Both the position numbers and the translations under genes were made by a program. DNA of 64,000 nucleotides from the human T2T-CHM13v2.0 reference genome, Homo sapiens. The notes beneath the pieces are model-generated. The model worked only from the letters and a program-made list of their open reading frames with translations. It searched no databases and was not told the origin of the DNA. The stretch is taken from NCBI RefSeq assembly GCF_009914755.1, contig NC_060948.1, one strand, 5' to 3'. This document shows, piece by piece, positions 58,957 through 64,000 of the stretch (position 1 is its first letter; every line of letters starts with the position of its first letter).

Positions 58957-59539
58957 TGCCCAGGCTTGCTTAGGTAAACAAAGCAGCCTGGAAGCTCGAA
59001 CTGGGTGGACCCCACCACAGCTCAAGCAGTTCTGCCTGCCTCTGTAGGCTCCACCTCTGGGGGCAGGGCACAGACAAACAAAAAGACAGCAGTAACCTCT
59101 GCAGACTTAAATGTCCCTGTCTGACAGTGTTGAGGAGAGCAGTGGTTCTCCCAGCAGGCAGCTGGAGATCTGAGAACAGGCAGACTGCGTCCTCAAGTGG
59201 GTCCCTGACCCCTGACCCCCGAGCAGCCTAACTGGGGGGCACCTCCCAGTAGGGGCAGACTGACACCTCACACAGCCGGGTACTCCTCTGAGACAAAACT
59301 TTCAGAGGAACGATCAGACAGCAGCATTAGAGGATCACGAAAATCCGCGGTTCTGCAGACACCGTTGCTGATACCCAGGCAAACAGGGTTTGGAGTGGAC
59401 CTCTAGCAAACTCCAACAGACCTGCAGCTGAGGGTCCTGTCTGTTAGAAGGAAAACTAACAAACAGAAAGGACATCCACACCAAAAACCCATCTGTACAT
59501 CACCATCATCAAAGACCAAAAGTAGATAAAACCACAAAG

Positions 59540-60557
59540 ATGGGGAAAAAAACAGAGCAGAAAAACTGGAAACTCTAAAAAGCAGAGTGCCTCTCCTCCT
59601 CCAAAGGAACACAGTTCCTCACCACCAATGGAACAAAGCTGGAGGGAGAATGACTTTGATGAGTTGAGAGAAGAAGCCTTCAGACGATCAAACTACTCTG
59701 AGCTACAGGAGGAAATTCAAACCAAAGGCCAAGAAGTTAAAAACTTTGAAAAAACTTTAGATGAATGTATAACTAGAATAACCAATACAGAGAAGTGCTT
59801 AAAGGAGCTGATGGAGCTAAAAGCCAAGGCTCGAGAACTACGTGAAGAATGCAGAAGCCTCAGGAGCCGATGCGATCAACTGGAAGAAAGGGTATCAGTG
59901 ATGGAAGATGAAATGAATGAAATGAAGCGAGAAGGGAAGTTTAGAGAAAAAAGAATAAAAAGAAACGAACAAAGCCTCCAAGAAAAATGGGACTATGTGA
60001 AAACACCAAATCTACGTCTGATTGGTGTACCTGAAAGTGACGGGGAGAATAGAACCAAGTTGGAAAACACTCTGCAGGATATTATCCAGGAGAACCTCCC
60101 CAATCTAGTAAGGCAGGCCAACATTCAGATTCAGGAAATACAGAGAACACCACAAAGATACTCCTCGAGAAGAGCAACTCCAAGACACATAATTGTCAGA
60201 TTCACCAAAGTTGAAATGAAGGAAAAAATGTTAAGGGCAGCCAGAGAGAAAGGTCAGGACACCCACAAAGGGAAGCCCATCAGACTAACAGCTGACCTCT
60301 CCGCAGAAACTCTATAAGCCAGAAGAGAGTGGGGGCCAATATTCAACATTCTTAAAGAAAAGAATTTTCAACCCAGAATTTCATATCCAGCCAAACTAAG
60401 CTTCATAGGTGAAGGAGAAATAAAATACTTTACAGACAAGCAAATGCTGAGAGATTTTGTCACCACCAGGCCTGCCCTAAAAGAGCTCCTGAAGGAAGCA
60501 CTAAAAATGGAAAGGCACAACCGGTACCAGCTACTGCAAAATCATGCCAAAATGTAA
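59540..60557 (+). pseudogene. L1 ORF1, disrupted
   Basis: +1 A frameshift just after the ATG; premature TAA at 60315-60317; ORF 59628-60317 is ORF1p coiled-coil/RRM. Confidence 0.92.
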
Positions 60558-60620
60558 AGACCATTGAGACTAGGAAGAAACTGCATCAACTAACGAGCAA
60601 AATCACCAGCTAACATCATA

Positions 60621-63482
<2,862 letters not shown>

Positions 63483-63522
63483 TAGATAGACAAAATGACA
63501 TTTTAAAAAAAGCCACACTCAC

Positions 63523-63612
63523 TTGAGTAGACCTTCGTGTCTGCCGAGCTTGTCTGGAGCGTGCTGTCCTTAAAACTCTGCTTCCTTATCCTGTACAGGA
63601 GTCAGATAGGAC
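63523..63612 (-). pseudogene. PPP1R12BP: PPP1R12B pseudogene exon (90 nt) with 1-bp deletion
   Basis: SYLTPVQDKEAEF* then, in the shifted frame, TARSRQARQTRRSTQ (MYPT inhibitory phosphosite motif); CTGCAG / GTGAGT boundaries; TAA at 63570-63572. Confidence 0.94.
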
Positions 63613-63789
63613 CTGCAGAGAAAAAAAAAGTAATAGCAAAAGGAAGATCTTTGCTGAATATACTTGAGGAATGACAAAGTGTTTCCATGTATTGAAGAGA
63701 TTTCTACATTCTAGGAATGAACTTAAGCAAAGTCAAAGTGACAGATATGCTATCAACCATCAGCAAACATTACAGAATCCAAGTTATTA

Positions 63790-64000
63790 CAGTTGCTCCC
63801 CTTATCTGTGGTTTTGCTTTTTGTGGTTTCAGTAGCCCATGGTGAACTGTGGTCTGAAAATATTAAATGAAAACTTCCATCAATAAACAATTCATACATT
63901 TTCAATTGTGCACTGTTCTGAATAGCGTGGTGAAATTTCATGCTGTTCCATTCTGTCCCTCCGGAGATGCAAATCATGCACTGTTGTGATATCACAGTGT
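63790..64000 (+). mobile_element. MER44-type (Tigger7-related) DNA transposon, runs off window
   Basis: TA|cagttgctccccttatctgtggttttgc terminus and MER44-like interior. Confidence 0.75.

Overview
Primate (human/great-ape-like), repeat-rich genomic DNA; no intact cellular protein-coding gene. The minus strand carries part of an unprocessed (intron-retaining) pseudogene copy of PPP1R12B (MYPT2). Five consecutive coding exons lie at 63523-63612, 53902-54105, 51742-51931, 51541-51653 and 50399-50440, and the alternative first coding exon of the smooth-muscle sm-M20 isoform lies at 7093-7194. The exons carry one frameshift, three nonsense codons and a destroyed splice donor, which fits a segmental-duplication copy such as the PPP1R12BP loci (location and species cannot be fixed from sequence alone). 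The rest is intron filled with L1, Alu, L2, MIR, MER41B and DNA transposons. I found no new multi-gene system. The most unusual items are retrotransposition products: (1) a 5'-complete, tail-less, 3'-truncated L1PA3/4 with a perfect 12-bp TSD, an open ORF0 and an antisense promoter pointing into the pseudo-exons; (2) a retroposed 5' half of tRNA-Glu(CTC) with a stuttered anticodon-derived tail and 10-bp TSD; (3) an Alu-L1PB-unique sequence composite bounded by one 15-bp TSD; (4) an unidentified 239-bp retroposed insert. Repeat subfamily calls and reference comparisons are from memory, and boundaries of old repeats are approximate.
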